From Octopus sinensis (Eukaryota), in the NCBI RefSeq assembly GCF_006345805.1, contig NC_043011.1:57672464-57736463 (forward strand): DNA of 64,000 nt, written 5' to 3'. Each line of letters starts with the position of its first letter. The stretch's first letter is position 1. The notes beneath the pieces are model-generated. The model did no database searches. It was not told the DNA's origin and was given only the letters and a program-made list of their open reading frames with translations. The position numbers and the translations under genes were made by a program. Below are positions 12,941 to 27,622 of the stretch, piece after piece.

Positions 12941-13623
12941 TTACATACATACATACCTACATACATACATACATGCATACATACATGCATACATACATAC
13001 CTGCATACATACGTACATACATACATACATATGTAAATATATATGTGTATGTGTATATATGTATGTATATACACGTGTGTAGGTATGTCTGTGTATGCGT
13101 CTTCATTTATTTATGCATTTATATATTTAAGCGCGCGCACACACACACATTATATTTGTATGTGTTGCCCCAGGTGAAATGTGATGGTGCAGTTTTGTAA
13201 CCGAAAAGTGTATGTATGTATATATACATGTGTATGTGTCCGTGTTTGAATAATTCTATGTGCGCTTGTTTTGTATGTCTTTTGTGAGTTTCATAGCTAG
13301 AACTAAATGGATAGAAATACAGTGACTTGACTACAAATTCTTTAGAGATAAACATATGTACAGAGGCCCAAAATATTCAATAATATAATACATAATAAAA
13401 GAAAATTTCAATATGAGATAATGAAGATGGCCTACTGTAGAAATATTAGCGTAGAATATCCTCATAGAATATTCTATCCAAAAACCCGAACTAAATTGCA
13501 AGACTTGCAAAGACTGGCAGCAGAAAAGTATTTTTTTGAAATATGAAAAATCTAATGATAAAAATATGCAGTCAATGTGCTGACGAAAATAAATTCATTC
13601 GAAAATATACACGACAGGTATAT

Positions 13624-13704
<81 letters not shown>

Positions 13705-14188
13705 ATATATATTATATATATATATATATATATATGTATGTACGTATGTATATGTGTGTGATTGTGTGTACAAAATATCAATATATTAATAAAATGGGAA
13801 TTCGCCATGAAAATATATTTCATTTGTAGTTATTTATTCATCTTAATGGATAAACACAGTTACTGCTAGCCACTCATATAACGCTGGGCACGTTTATGGG
13901 CATCAGCAACGGTTGAGGACAAGTTAGTAAATATGCAATAAACTCGTATGTAAATTTACGTGGTATAGTCGGGCATTTAAATAAAATATTAGTTTGAAAC
14001 TTTGGCGCAAAGCCAGCATGTATGGGCTTGTGAGGTGAGTCAATTAGATCGACTCTACTGCTCTAGCCACGTCGACCTCGGTAGAATTCAGAAGGCAAAG
14101 TCGATGAAATGTCTCTGAAGTGTTTTGCCCGTGTGCTGACGATTCTTGCAGCTTCCCGAAAACTGCCATAAAAAAATATTATATATTA

Positions 14189-14590
14189 GGCGCAGGAGTG
14201 GCTGTGTGGTAAGTAGCTTGCTAACCAACCACATGGTTCCGGGTTCAGTCCCACTGCGTGGCATCTTGGGCAAGTGTCTTCTGCTATAGCCCCGGGCCGA
14301 CCAATGCTTTGTGAGTAGATTTGGTAGACGGAAACTGAAAGAAACCTGTCGTATATATGTATATATATACATATATATATATATATGTTTGTGTGTCTGT
14401 GTTTGTCCCCCTAGCATTGCTTGACAACCGATGCTGGTGTGTTTACGTCCCCGTCACTTAGCGGTTCGGCAAAAGAGACCGATAGAATAAGTACTGGGCT
14501 TACAAAGAATAAGTCCCGGGGGCCAATTTGCTCGACTAAAGGCGGTGCTCCAGCATGGCCGCAGTCAAATGACTGAAACAAGTAAAAGAG
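14189..14590 (+). mobile_element. tRNA-derived composite SINE (family B) with internal (TA/TG)n
   Basis: Head aggcgcaggagtggctgtgtggtaag...gggttcagtccc, internal microsatellite, conserved 3' half ending tgaaacaagtaaaagag. Homologs at 27623, 47357 and 56714. Confidence 0.88.
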
Positions 14591-15219
14591 TATATTGGAA
14601 TATATTTCGTTAAAATATCCTCTTGGATCTGAAAAAGAAAATTACATTATCTAAATAATTTCTTCCTTGCAATATAAGCTGCCAAACGCTTCTTCGTGAT
14701 CTTTTCTTTGCTAATATTTGCCAAGAGTGCTGATTCCTGCTTTCCAATTAAAACTTGATAATTACAAAATAAGGCGCAGAAGGACAGCCGCCGACTGATG
14801 AAGGGTCGTCTTTTATGTTGCTGGTCTTGCTTTCCATTTGTTTCTCCCGCTCTTTGCGTACCCAACGTTGTTTTCGTATTTCATGTTGTTTACGTTTTGT
14901 GACGTCCTGTACCCCTATATACATACCTATATACATATGTATGCATGTACATATATGTGTATATATATATATATATACTTTATTTAAAAGCAGCAGAAAT
15001 TCAACAAAAGCTGTTACTCGGAGTTTCACGTTCCCGTTTGTCGGAGAGTTTTGTTAAAACAGACCGATATGCCAATTCTATCAAGACTAGTATAAACGTT
15101 ACACCTTTAAAAATGGATTTGTTTGATTGGTCCTTTCAAATAACGGTCATATGCGAGCGATAAACAAAAATAAACAAAACAAATAAATGAGTCCAATATA
15201 AAATTATAAAAATCGAGGA

Positions 15220-15258
<39 letters not shown>

Positions 15259-18200
15259 AGGAAGAATCTCTTCCCTTTCCTGTTATTTTGTTTATTTGAT
15301 CTCCGCTAGATGAGTACAACCTCACTCGGTTTCTCTGTGCACATGTCTGCGCCTCGGGCTGCTGTTTGTCCCTAAGGGTTCTTGATCAGTTGCGTGTCTT
15401 TATCTGGATGGTCCCAGTGTCTGATGACTTCATTTCTCTTCTCTGAAAGATTCAGCTTCTTGTAGCGGCATTGTTTTTCTCATTTTTTTTTAACCCCTCC
15501 TGTTGGTGTCTGTTTCTGTGCTGAGAATCTGGCTGACCAAGAAGAACCTGACCAGCCAGTTACGTTCTCCATTCATTTATGCTATTTTGGAATCTTCCTG
15601 GCTGTGTCCTTCAAAAGTCTTTCCTTTCCGATATGATCACAGTATTGAATTAATAGTCTCCTCCATCATATTTGATGAAAAGCATCAAATATGATTTGTG
15701 AAAGATTCCTCCATGTTTTACTTACAGACTGCGATAGCTAAGTAAAAGTGTCCTTTATGTGTAGAATAAAATATTGCACATTCGTTGAAATATATTTGTC
15801 CCATTTGTGATTATGTATTTAACATCGATTTCAGAGAGTCTCCAACACAGCACCAAAAATTGGTAAGACACCGAATGAAAATTCGAAATTAATTGTAGGG
15901 AAATGAAAATATAAAAAATGCTTACAATTTAGCCTAGCTTTCTACCATTTCTGTCGTTATTTCAACATTTAATGCAGAAATATATTCGTTTCGAATAGAG
16001 AGGCAATATTTCAAATTTGTATACTTGATTAAAACTTGTGCAGCACTTAAAGGTTGACGTTTTATCGATTCCGGACAGAAACTAAGTCGTAGTTTGACTC
16101 AAAAATCGTATGTCACGAAAGTGTGTGCCATAATACTTTTTGTTTTTCTATTTCCCGAATTCACCCTTATTAGCATAAAATATGGACTAAGGACGGAATA
16201 TGTAATTATTTTATGAACCATGGAAGTTGAATCGTAAAGTCAACTTCGTCGTATTTCCAACAGGCACTTGCAATGAAATAGCGATATTCATTCTGTTCCT
16301 ATCACGAACGGTTCTGCTTATCAAAACTTGTTATGAAAATATACTGGTGTTTAATACAAAGCTTGAAATTTCAATGAAAAGCAATCACCTATGTCAACAC
16401 TGGTACTTGACTTGTATTCTGTTTTAATAATTCCAAGAAGGTAAAAGAAAAAAAGTTTAGCTCAGTAAGTTTGAACATAAACACGTGAAACATGCCAGAA
16501 AAAATACTGCAAGATACTTAGTTCATTGGTCTAACGATTCGTCCAATCCATCGCTCTTAAAGACGAGAGATAGAATAAAAATATTTATGTTATTGAAACA
16601 GAAGAAAGGATAATGTTAAGAATGATATTTATCAATTAATACTGGATATGTGTGAAATAAATGACAAGTCTTACTTCAGAATGTGTATTACAAGAAATGC
16701 CTTCATAAAATTTAAATTGTTAATGTTCATTTAAATAATAATAGTATTCCAGCATAATAGATATTTTTGCGAGAGTTCATTTATCATTTCTCAATTTCCG
16801 TTGCAGATATTAACCAAACTTTGAGAAATATACTAGTAGTTAATAGAATGTTTCCCCACAGAATGGCAAATAAATGCATTATTAATGATTGCAATATAAT
16901 GATTAACAAGAGTAATAAATGAGATAATAATTCAGATAAAGTTATAAATTTTAGACATAATTAGATGGAAATGCAATTTTGACACACACACAGACATATA
17001 TGTGTGTGTGTGTGTGTGCAAATATGTATATGTATATGCATATAGTGTTACATACATATATACTTATAGAGTGTTTTATAAGATGTATTATTTATTATAT
17101 AATTTATATTCTAATATAATAAATTATTTTATAATTGTGCGCTGGTTTACAATTACAGAATTTGTGGTTTTAATACGTTGAGTTCTAATTCTAGAGGGGT
17201 AGACATTTCTTTCTATTCAGGCGGGGGTTGATTAAGTGGTTATTTTTCAAACCTGGACCCTGAGGTTGTTTGTTATAAAGAATAAACAAACGCCGATCTT
17301 TGTGGTTTTCTTCACTGTTTACAATTATCTTTAATAAATTGTTTTCATGTCTCATATAGATGTAATTTTTAACGCTGAATCCGAATCTGTTATTCATTTA
17401 TTCCAGAATAATTTTGCAAAAATGTTACGGGTGTTCAAAGCTTGATAATTTTCGGAATTTTCAGCCAATCATAAAACAGCGCATTCGATGCCTCTTCTAT
17501 AATCAGGGGTGGGGTGGGAGCATCGGCATGTCAAGACATTGCCAGAAATAATAATCAAAATATTAAAATATACATGATTTAAGCTAACATTAAAACATTC
17601 GCGAGTAAATTAAATATTTAAAAGCTATGAACAAACAAACCAACGGGAGGTGCTAGAAATAACAGTCAAAACTTTGTTTAAAACATAGATTAGTTTTAAA
17701 TTCAAGAACGAAAGTTTACAATACACTTCAGGATTTTATAAAATAAACTTGCTGACCCCGTATACTCACACACACTTAAAGCGCTCTCATTGCCAGTTTG
17801 CCATCACCCCTTCCTTCCTTATTCATTTATCACGCCTTCCTTCTTTATTCATATGTTGCGACGGAGAAAAACACGGGAGTATTATTATAGTAGAAAATTA
17901 TCTTTCTCGTATCTCCTTCTCCTCCTTGTGCGCATTCGCAGCAACTTTGGTTACTATGGAAATAGAGTTTATTGCCGCGGTAATGTGAAAAATACTCGCT
18001 TCTGATTGGTTAAAATACTCAAATTTTGAAACTCTCAAAGGCTAATAACTTTTAATTATGGATTTATAAGGAAAATGAATTTCATTTTCATAATTAGTAT
18101 ACAAAACTTAATCCATATACGAAGTTTGAAAACATCTGGAGCAAAATTGTAATCAACGAGGAAAACCACAATGATCGCAACCGCTGTGTTATATCTTCAT

Positions 18201-19934
18201 GGAAATTCCATCTTTAATTTATGTGCATGCAGAGTGGGGATCAATTCTGGAACTTCGATCTGGTCCGACGGTCTACTTAGAACACTAACAAAATATCCAT
18301 CAAATTGCATGCTACCATCTTAGGTAGACGAGAGACGGGTATTGCACAATATAGTTTAAGATATAAAAATATAGGGAAATTATTGACAGAGGACTAACTT
18401 TGATAAGTGGCTTTCTTAATAAGGAGCTGCCTGACGCTAAAAATTCAAACATTTATCTTGACTGTTTTTAGTTTCCGAAAATAGAAAGGATATTGACATT
18501 CTGTGATTTATATATTCCCGATCCTGTGATACTTTTTGCTATTAAATAAAATTAAGGACAATTTACTGATGTCATTACTCGGAGATGATAGAAAGGAATC
18601 CATTCTTTTGGATGCGAACGATGATCCTCCTTTCGGCGATGTGTGGTGTCTGAGTAAATAGACGTAGGTTTATCAGCTGGAAGACAAGAACTACAACAAC
18701 AAAAATAGAATTTAACAGCAAAAACAAAGAGGAGGGAAGAGAAAAACTAGCAAAAAATACGAGTGAGATGAAATTTGTAGTTGGACTTGAAACGATAATG
18801 GTGGCCATGGAAATGTGGTTAAACCAAGTGGATTTGCGTTCAGTCTCACTGCGCAGCTTTTTGGACAAGTAATAATTCATCTCCGGTAATATCAGGTACC
18901 TAAAACTGGATGAGATTTTACCCCAATCTCATTTAGTTATTTGTATAAATATGTGTGTTGTGTTGGTTTGTTTACATCCTTACTGTGACCTAGCGGTACG
19001 GCTTAAATGACCGATAGAATACGTGCCAAGCTTAAAATTAGTACCGGGGTTGAAACCTTTCAAGACGGTGCCAGAGCATGGACATCATCCAATGACTGAA
19101 AGAATCCAAAAGTAAAGTATAAAAGGCGAAAAGGTGAAAAAACAGTAAATTTCCAAAAAACTTCGTTTGTGGTTGTAAAACTTATATGAGAAATAGTCAC
19201 CTTCTTCGAAGAAAAAATCATAAATAAATCATTCGAGTTAAATAAAATAATTATTTATAAAATTGTCAATAGGATACATATTCCGTTTTACTTTCAGCGT
19301 GATGTTCATTGCCAGTTATCCTTTACGCACCATATTCATTTGCTATTAGTCTCTCTTAATAACTGAGATATAACAGCGACTTATCACATAGAAATGGTTT
19401 TGACATTTCCGGTCTAGTTGTGACGATATTGTTAAGGAGTGTAAACATTCTAGACCAATCGTGGTACCAAGTATTTATGGCGTCGTAATTCTACAAATCT
19501 TTAGAATCGAAAAATAAACAGAGAAATAATTTGGTGATGCAACTTAACCAAACGGAACTACATTCGATGTAGGATCTCATCTTGGGATGTTAAGATAAAA
19601 AAAAAACAACAGAAAGAAATCTGTTAGACATAAATAGATGAGAGCCGTGTATTTAGAATTTATTACTAATCTGAATCCCCCAAGAATCGATTTAGCAAAT
19701 GTGGTGAAAAACCAATCCCAAGATTCGCCCACGGAGTAATATTGAATTATCTAGCGTGCAAAGATACATTAAAAGTAACAACTGAATCAGCTGAACTGAA
19801 CAGAAAATATACAAAAAGAAATAGCAAAACAAAACAAAAAAGGAAAAGAGAGAAAAAGCCAGAATTACAACGAAGTATCATATAAACACTGGCCACAATG
19901 GAACAGAATATAAAGGCAACAATAAATTCTACAA

Positions 19935-20334
19935 ATCTTTATATATAAAAGTAAGGTTGTGTGTCTGTCTCCTACGATTTAGATTCCTAACTACTCCCAC
20001 ATTTTGCGGTGCAGTTTAACCAAAAGCGGGTATCTTATAGTCGTGATTCATATCGAGCCCTTCTGGGTATTAGCGCGCGTCTACGATGAGTCTACGATTT
20101 AAAAAAAAATTACCATAATTTTCCGTATTTTTAATGCATTTTCGCTTGGTTTATATAAGGGAATTAACTCTCTAAAAATGTATTATTAAATCTCAGAACG
20201 TAAAAAGCTAGAGTAACACCCCCCCCCCTTTGTGGTTAGCCATATTGAGATGGCTATTATACTTTACATCTCTAAAAATGCTTATATAGTTATTTCCCTT
20301 ACAAACCCGAGCAACGCCGGGTGATACTGCTAGT
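19935..20334 (-). mobile_element. Second copy of the Helitron/Helentron-like element
   Basis: Shares the 5' ~60 bp and 3' ~180 bp with 10167-10560; middle differs. Confidence 0.65.
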
Positions 20335-21246
20335 ACGAACTAAATTTCAGCAAGGAATGGACAGCACAAAATTTTACAATGTCGAGTAAAAATAATGACG
20401 TCGAAGTTTGGAACGAATTCAACGATTTTAGGGATTGCGGTGATTGAATTGCATTGAGATTGTATTTGGTTTATGGACGCAGAAAGAATGAAAGGGAAAA
20501 TTAATCTCACTGAGAATTGAACTCAGAACAATAAAAACCAGAAGAAATACTGGAAAGTGGTTTGATTGATGCTCCAAGGATTCTGCGAATTGGTCGTCTT
20601 GTGTCAGGCAATGATGCGTACTTAATAACAACGAAGACAGAGTCTTAGATGACATGTTGGACTAAGAAGAAGCTGGAGATGAAACCTATCCAAATTGAAA
20701 GAGTAAAATATATAGCACGAAAGCAGATCCCTAAGGAGATTAGGTAACTAGGCATGAGAAAAGAGCTACGAAGGAAATATAAGAGATAAATCAAAGCTAA
20801 ACGGGATAAGATACGTCTGAGCGCTTGAGGTGAACGTTAAGCAGATGTTGAAATAAGGGAGAAAAGTAAAAAAAGGAAAACGACTAAGTCCTTTTGGAAA
20901 AACAAGATTCAGCAGGGGATAAATCCCTAAAATGTAGAGAGCTCCCAAACAGGGACACAAAACCGTCCGTCCGTCCATGAGCAAATAGTTGTATAGAAAG
21001 CATAAAATTCAAGAAGAATATGATGTTAAAATCTGTAGAGAAATATGAATTCAAAATGAAAATGCTGGAGACGTGATCAATAAATAAATTGACATAAAAT
21101 AAGATATTTTGAGAAGATAAACGGAAATTTACAGTAGTTAAAATACAAGTGCACACATAGCTATGTGGTTAAGAAACTTGCATCGCAACCACGTGGTCTC
21201 ATTACACGGTTTGAACTGCCAGACGGAAACGGTGAGGAAGCTCATC

Positions 21247-21313
<67 letters not shown>

Positions 21314-22255
21314 TATCTGTATACATATATGTGAATGTGTTGGTATCACTGTGTTTGTACTCCCCGCTCGACACGCGGGATTGGTTTGTTTACATCCTGT
21401 AATTTTAGCCGTTCGACGAAAGGGAAACGGTAGAATAAGTCGCAGATAAATAATACCTTAGAATTTTCAACAATATTTTATTTCATACCAAGGCCTTATC
21501 CTTTAGATGCTCCTACCACGTCTCTTTCTTTAAATTATAAATCATTTATTGTCATATGACACAATTCTTCACTTTACCTTCAACCTATTTCTTGAAACTT
21601 CCCGGATTCTATAGTAAAGATTGTTTGCCAAGTACTGTTGCTGAATATCTCACGTGGTGAGATTTTAAAATAGTAATTTTCTCGGATTCTGTTTTCAAAT
21701 TTCTGAATATAAAAATACCGTTTCATGTTGCTTTTTTCTAATTTCTAAAACTCGTAGTTATAACAATTTCTTTTTCTGCCCTATGTATTCTCTTGATTCG
21801 GAGTCTATTTTTACATCACGTTATATTTCTGGATATAGAATTCAAATTTCAAAGCAGTTTTATACTTAATGCAGCTGTAAAACAAAGTTTTCTTTCCATT
21901 CCATATTTTAGGGCTGTAAACACATTATTTTATCGGAAAGGATCCAAACATTTCAGAACAATAAAACCGATAAATATATTCTGTATACTTGAAAGGTTAT
22001 GTGAGATTAGTAGTGGAATGGTAAATTAATGAAGAGACAACACAACCGAGTAAAAGAGGATTAAAACTGTGGTCTTAGCGCTAGTTCTGAGAAGGATAAC
22101 TGCATCCATTCTTGCCTCAGTCCTAAATCTCTTTAAGTTTCTACAAAGGTGAGAGATGGAAAAATTAAATGCGACCTTTGTTGAACATACGTAACGAGCC
22201 AATGCAATTTGGTATACAGTAGTTGTGTATATACACATATATTTATGTATGTGTA

Positions 22256-22374
<119 letters not shown>

Positions 22375-22577
22375 GTGTATATATATATATATATCATATA
22401 TACGTATGTATGCATATTACTACTGTATACAACATTGAACATTTCTCAACTCATATTTTTACATAAATGTATATACATGTATGCGGGTGTGTTTTGTGTG
22501 TGTGTATATGTGTACATGTGTATATGCATATATATATATATATATGAGAGAGAGAGAAGGAGAGGGGGAGAAAGAGA

Positions 22578-22614
<37 letters not shown>

Positions 22615-22743
22615 TGAAAGATGCATAATACAAGCACATACATCAGTTTGTGTGTTTGGTTTTGGAAAATATTTACTAAGTTTCATAAGGATTGGGGTTT
22701 ACGAATTCCGAATAGTTTGACGTTAGAAGTAAGCATATCGGAT

Positions 22744-22774
22744 AAACACACACAAACACACACATACACACACA

Positions 22775-22869
<95 letters not shown>

Positions 22870-22920
22870 ACACACTCACACATTCACACACACACACACA
22901 CATACACACACACACAAAAG
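22744..22920. repeat. (CA)n microsatellite; another long tract at about 54720-54882
   Basis: Direct inspection. Confidence 0.95.
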
Positions 22921-23971
22921 CACATATATATATAACCGAAACAACGATTTTTATGTAAACAACTCCGCCAAAATAGGAATTCGTTGGCCCAATACAAGTA
23001 GGTTAAATCAAATACACGTTAGCAAATCCATAAAATATGATTAAAACTACCTGGTATCTTTAGGAAAGGTGAGACAAATAATGATATGGGGGTGGGGATC
23101 AGGTGTTAAGAAATTAAGTTCATGTTCATCGCTCAGTATTGTTCACCTGCGTTAGCATTAAATAAGGTGAAAAAGTTATTAAAGTTGTTACGACATAAGA
23201 ATAAAGTTTGAACATTAGTTTCGTCAGGCATGGCTGTGTTGTTGTGAGAAGATCGTTTTGTAGCCATGCGGGATTGTGTTCAGTCCGACTGCGCGGCATT
23301 GTGGGAAGGTGTCTCCAGCTGTTTCCCTGAGTCAACCAATGCCCTGTGAATGACCATTGTGAGGAAGATCTGGAGTTGTAAGTAGCGTGTTGTCACCTCT
23401 TAATTAACGTCCCTTCCAGGTCGGTTCTGACCTGGAACGGTGGTACCTGTGAAGTTCCTATCTGCTACTTGAATGGGTAGTAGAAGCTCTCGTTGTTGTT
23501 GACAAAAGCCGTGGAGAAGGCAGCTCTTCTCGGAGAAAGATATTCTGACAAAATTTGTTGTCAAAATAGTATCAGTCATCTTGTAATGTTTGTCACCGAA
23601 ACCTTCTATGGCGACCGAGAGATTGGCGAAAGTGTTGTACAAGAATTTGTCGCATAAAATCCCATGACGTACAAATATTTCACAGTCATTTTTTTTCTTC
23701 ATCTGTTTTGTATTTCAAAAATACCTATAGTAATCGAGCCATGGCTACGTGTAGAGGCATATCCGAACGGATGCATATATGAAAGTCAATCAGGACAATT
23801 TGGGGAAGAAGGTGCAGTCAGGTCAGTTTATGTAAGAAGTGGAAAGTAGACCTAACACGCTGGATGGTATGGGCAAGTTTGCTAGTCTTTTGAGGTACGT
23901 GACTAGAATTAGAAAGTGAATATGTTTCAAATGATGTCAGTGGCTACCATCATGTATAAGTATATAAATAT

Positions 23972-24002
<31 letters not shown>

Positions 24003-24221
24003 GGTGTGTGTGTGTGTGTGTATATATCATTAGAAATAAAAATCACTTTAATGATTTTATCAAGTGACCAGCGGGAAATAAAAATCTTATAGATTAATGG
24101 AGTATTCAAGTAGTTTTAGAGCCATTTGGCGTCTATTTCTAGCGTGTTGGTGGGATTAATCCGCACCCTTTAATATAATTATTAATGTAATTATAAATTA
24201 GTGTATGTATGCATGTATGTA

Positions 24222-24255
<34 letters not shown>

Positions 24256-24771
24256 TGTATATATACATATTAGAGGGAAGCAACTATGTGGACACCCTTA
24301 TGCTAGAAATAGATCCGCTATGGTCTTACCACTAAGAAATGTTCTCAAGAAAAAATTTAGCAAAACAACCAAAGCGTAATCGAGCAAGACAAAAGAAAAA
24401 GCAATAAAAATATGGATTATTTACACACATGTTAAATTTAAATCTATACGTACATATGTTTGTGTGAATATATAACATAAGTTCCACTCTGCGACAACTT
24501 GTGCAAGTATGTTCTACTGCAACTTTTGGCCGACCAAAAGCTTGTGCCCGGATCTGGCAGGCGGAAACCGAGAGAAAACTGTCATATAAATAATATGACG
24601 GTCTACTTTAAAATATGAAATGGAAATGTCTTGGGGTCGAGTTGTTCAACCAAAACCTTTCAAGGCAGTGGCCCAGTGTGGCCGCAATCAAATGACTGAA
24701 ATAAGTAAAAGATTATGTGTATACTATATATATATATATATTATATATAATATATATATATATATAGCGAG

Positions 24772-24949
24772 AAGGGTTTTAATCAAAGAAATTTAAATTC
24801 TATTATTCTGTAAAATAATATTTAATTATTTTAAATGTACGCAAATGCATAAAAATAATTTTTAATTCCATCAAACATTATAAAATAATATTTAATTTCA
24901 TTCAATTTTAAAAAAGGTAAAATCGGACGGAACTTATGGGATGACCTGA
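24772..24949 (-). mobile_element. Solo 5' end (TIR plus leader) of the same mariner family
   Basis: Matches 27425-27602. TIR tcggacggaacttatgggatgacctga at 24923-24949 (1 mismatch) followed by TA; truncated on the left at a (TA)n tract. Confidence 0.9.
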
Positions 24950-25692
24950 TATATGTATGTGTGTGTATATATATGAATATATATATATGTGTGTGTGTGT
25001 ATGTGAGTGTGTGTCTGTGTGCATGTACACACACACACATACATAGATACATATATATATATTGAGAAGCTAATGAAAAGAGAGGAAAGAGTGAGATATA
25101 GATGAATGTGCATAACGCGATATACAGCATATAGCTGACTATCTTGTTCGATAATTCTCGTCTTCACCTATCGTGGGCTGTAAGTAATATAAGATCTATT
25201 TTGGTTTAAACTCCCAGACATGGCAAAGCAGACGACGGACAGGGCAGGATTTCGAAAATGAAATAAAGATAAGCAAAACTAACGGACAGCAAGGAAAAAA
25301 TGGACTTCCAAAATGCAGCACAATTAGACAGAAAAATATATTTCCAAATTTGGACTGAAGGTGAAACAAAAGAAAGAAACGGCAAACGTCGAGATATCTT
25401 CCTTTACGTCAAACTAGAAACATGGAAAGTAAATGATAATGGAGACTGAAGATTATCGCAAAAATATCTTCAGGCAGTCTGAGATATCCAAAGTTTGTTT
25501 TGTTTCTTTGTATATTATTTACATACGCACATACACGCGCACACCGAGACACGAACACACCGACACACACACACACACCGTCACACATACACACATACCT
25601 ACACAGACACATACACAGACACGGACACTTATGTACATACCCATCTATATCAACATATATATATATATATATATATTTATGCCCGTATATAA

Positions 25693-25748
<56 letters not shown>

Positions 25749-25753
25749 CATAT

Positions 25754-25793
<40 letters not shown>

Positions 25794-26331
25794 TATATAT
25801 ATATATACATATATATTTACATACATACATACATATATATATATTATATATATATAGTTATGCCCATACAAACACATACGCATATATCTAGATATATGGA
25901 CATAAATGTATATACATATACATGTATATGTCGGTATAGATGATGCATGGAATGTGTGTATGCTTGTGTGTTTGTTTATATGTTCTTTTATTCGCAGACA
26001 TGTGTGGGTTGCCTATGCAGAAGTTTGATCTAAAGTGCCACAAGTCGCAAATAGAGATAAATTAATTGAATTCTATAGAACAGTATCTGTAGCATATATG
26101 TACGTAAGCTCAGATGTATGTAAGTGTGTCGCTGTATACATGTGTGTGTGCGTGTGTGCATGCATTTATACATGTGTACATATATGAACGTTGGTCATAA
26201 GAAACAAGAGTAAATGTACTCAATACATATAGTTGAGTATAACTATATTCATATGTTTGAATTCCTTCATATTTTGCGCTCAGCTTGCTTAGATGAATGT
26301 ATGAATTTGAAATATATGTTGGCATAAACGA

Positions 26332-27602
26332 TCAGGTCATCCCATAAGTTCTGTCCGAATTTTAAATAAAGAAAACAAGTTATCAAGTGTTATATTGAAT
26401 TGAAATTTAATTATCAATGTATTTTCCCTGAGTATCTATGACTTCCTTCCATCTATTTACAAGCTTTTTGATCCCATTAATGTTAAACTCTTTTGGTTTC
26501 AAAGTGAAGAACTCTGAAATGTCAGAAAAGCCAGGAGTCTTGCGAAAGTTGTCCCCCAAATGATTCTGTAAACTACGAAACAAATGGTAGTCTGAAGGAG
26601 CAAGGTCAGGAGAATAAGGTGGACTAGGAATCTTTTCCCAACAAAGCTCTTCGATCTTCTGTGATGTGATCTTTGCAGTGTGGGGTCGCGGATTGTCCTG
26701 ATGAAACATCACTCCTTTTCGATTCACTAAAGTGGATCTTTATTTTCTTGAAATCTTGGTTCAAACGCTTTAATTGATGACAGTAGACTTGAGCATTGAT
26801 TGTTGCATCAGGTGGTAACAATTCAAAGTGACTTACTCCTTTGCAATCCCACCAGATAGAGAGAAGAACCTTTTTTCCCATGAAGCTGTCTTCTCGGTAG
26901 TGGTTGAGCTTTTTCCCTGTTACCGAGCCACTGTTTACGACGTTTAACATTTCGATAGAAGATCCATTTTTCGTCACCAGTAACAAGTCTATCCAAAAAA
27001 GATGAAATGAGTTGGTGAGAATGGAGAGAATAGCAAATGTCAACTTGGGATATGCGGTTGCTTTCGGACAAATCATGAGGCACCCATTTTCCAAGTTTAG
27101 GAACCTTTCCAAGTTGTTGAAGATGACGATGAACAGTTGTATGGTTTGAACTAAGCTTTATTGTCAATTCTTCAACTGATAATGCAGAATTTTCTTCAAG
27201 GAGCTTATCATCAACTCAACTAGACGTCCTGTTCGATCTTTATCTTCAAGGCTGAAATCTCCACTTCTGAATTTTGCAAACCATTTTCTGCAAGTTCTTC
27301 CATTCAAGCATTCTTTCCCATAAACTGAGTCTATGTTTCGAGTCGCTTCGGTTGCAGAGTTACCTTTTTTGTACTCATAAATCATTATGTGCCTCAAATG
27401 CTCTTTGGATACTTACATGTTAGAAAGGGTCTTAATCAAAGAAATTTTAATTCTATTATTCTGTAAAATAATATTTAGTTATTTTAAATGTACACAAATG
27501 CATTAAAATAATTTTTAATTCCATTAGACATTCTAAAATACTATTGAACTTCATTCAATTTAAAAAAAGGCAAAATCGGACAGAACTTATGGGATGACCT
27601 GA
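26332..27602 (-). mobile_element. Full-length mariner (DD34D) DNA transposon, 1271 bp, transposase frameshifted
   Basis: Perfect 27-bp TIRs tcaggtcatcccataagttctgtccga (26332-26358) and its reverse complement (27576-27602). TA follows the right TIR; the left flank reads GA. Four overlapping - strand ORF pieces carry mariner motifs. Confidence 0.97.
26407..27397 (-). pseudogene. Mariner transposase pseudogene (HTH + DD34D catalytic domain) split by frameshifts
   Basis: ORF pieces 27164-27397 (HTH, WFAKFRSGDFSLED), 26823-27167 (WVPHDL, VTGDEKW), 26624-27112 (KVLLSIWWDCKG) and 26407-26727 (HQDNPRPH...YSPDLAPSDYHLF). I count 34 residues between the second and third D. Confidence 0.95.
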
Positions 27603-27622
27603 TATATGTATGTGTATGTATA

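Noticed and set aside
15280-15700. GC-richer islands here and at about 20480-21090, 39340-39760, 41000-41460 and 62880-63130
   Set aside because: Probably old LINE debris, but no diagnostic motif or clean exon boundaries were found.
23414-23480. Peptide WNGGTCEVPICYLNG resembling an EGF repeat after a ccttccag acceptor
   Set aside because: A stop follows immediately, the donor is weak, and the opposite strand resembles a dispersed repeat tail.
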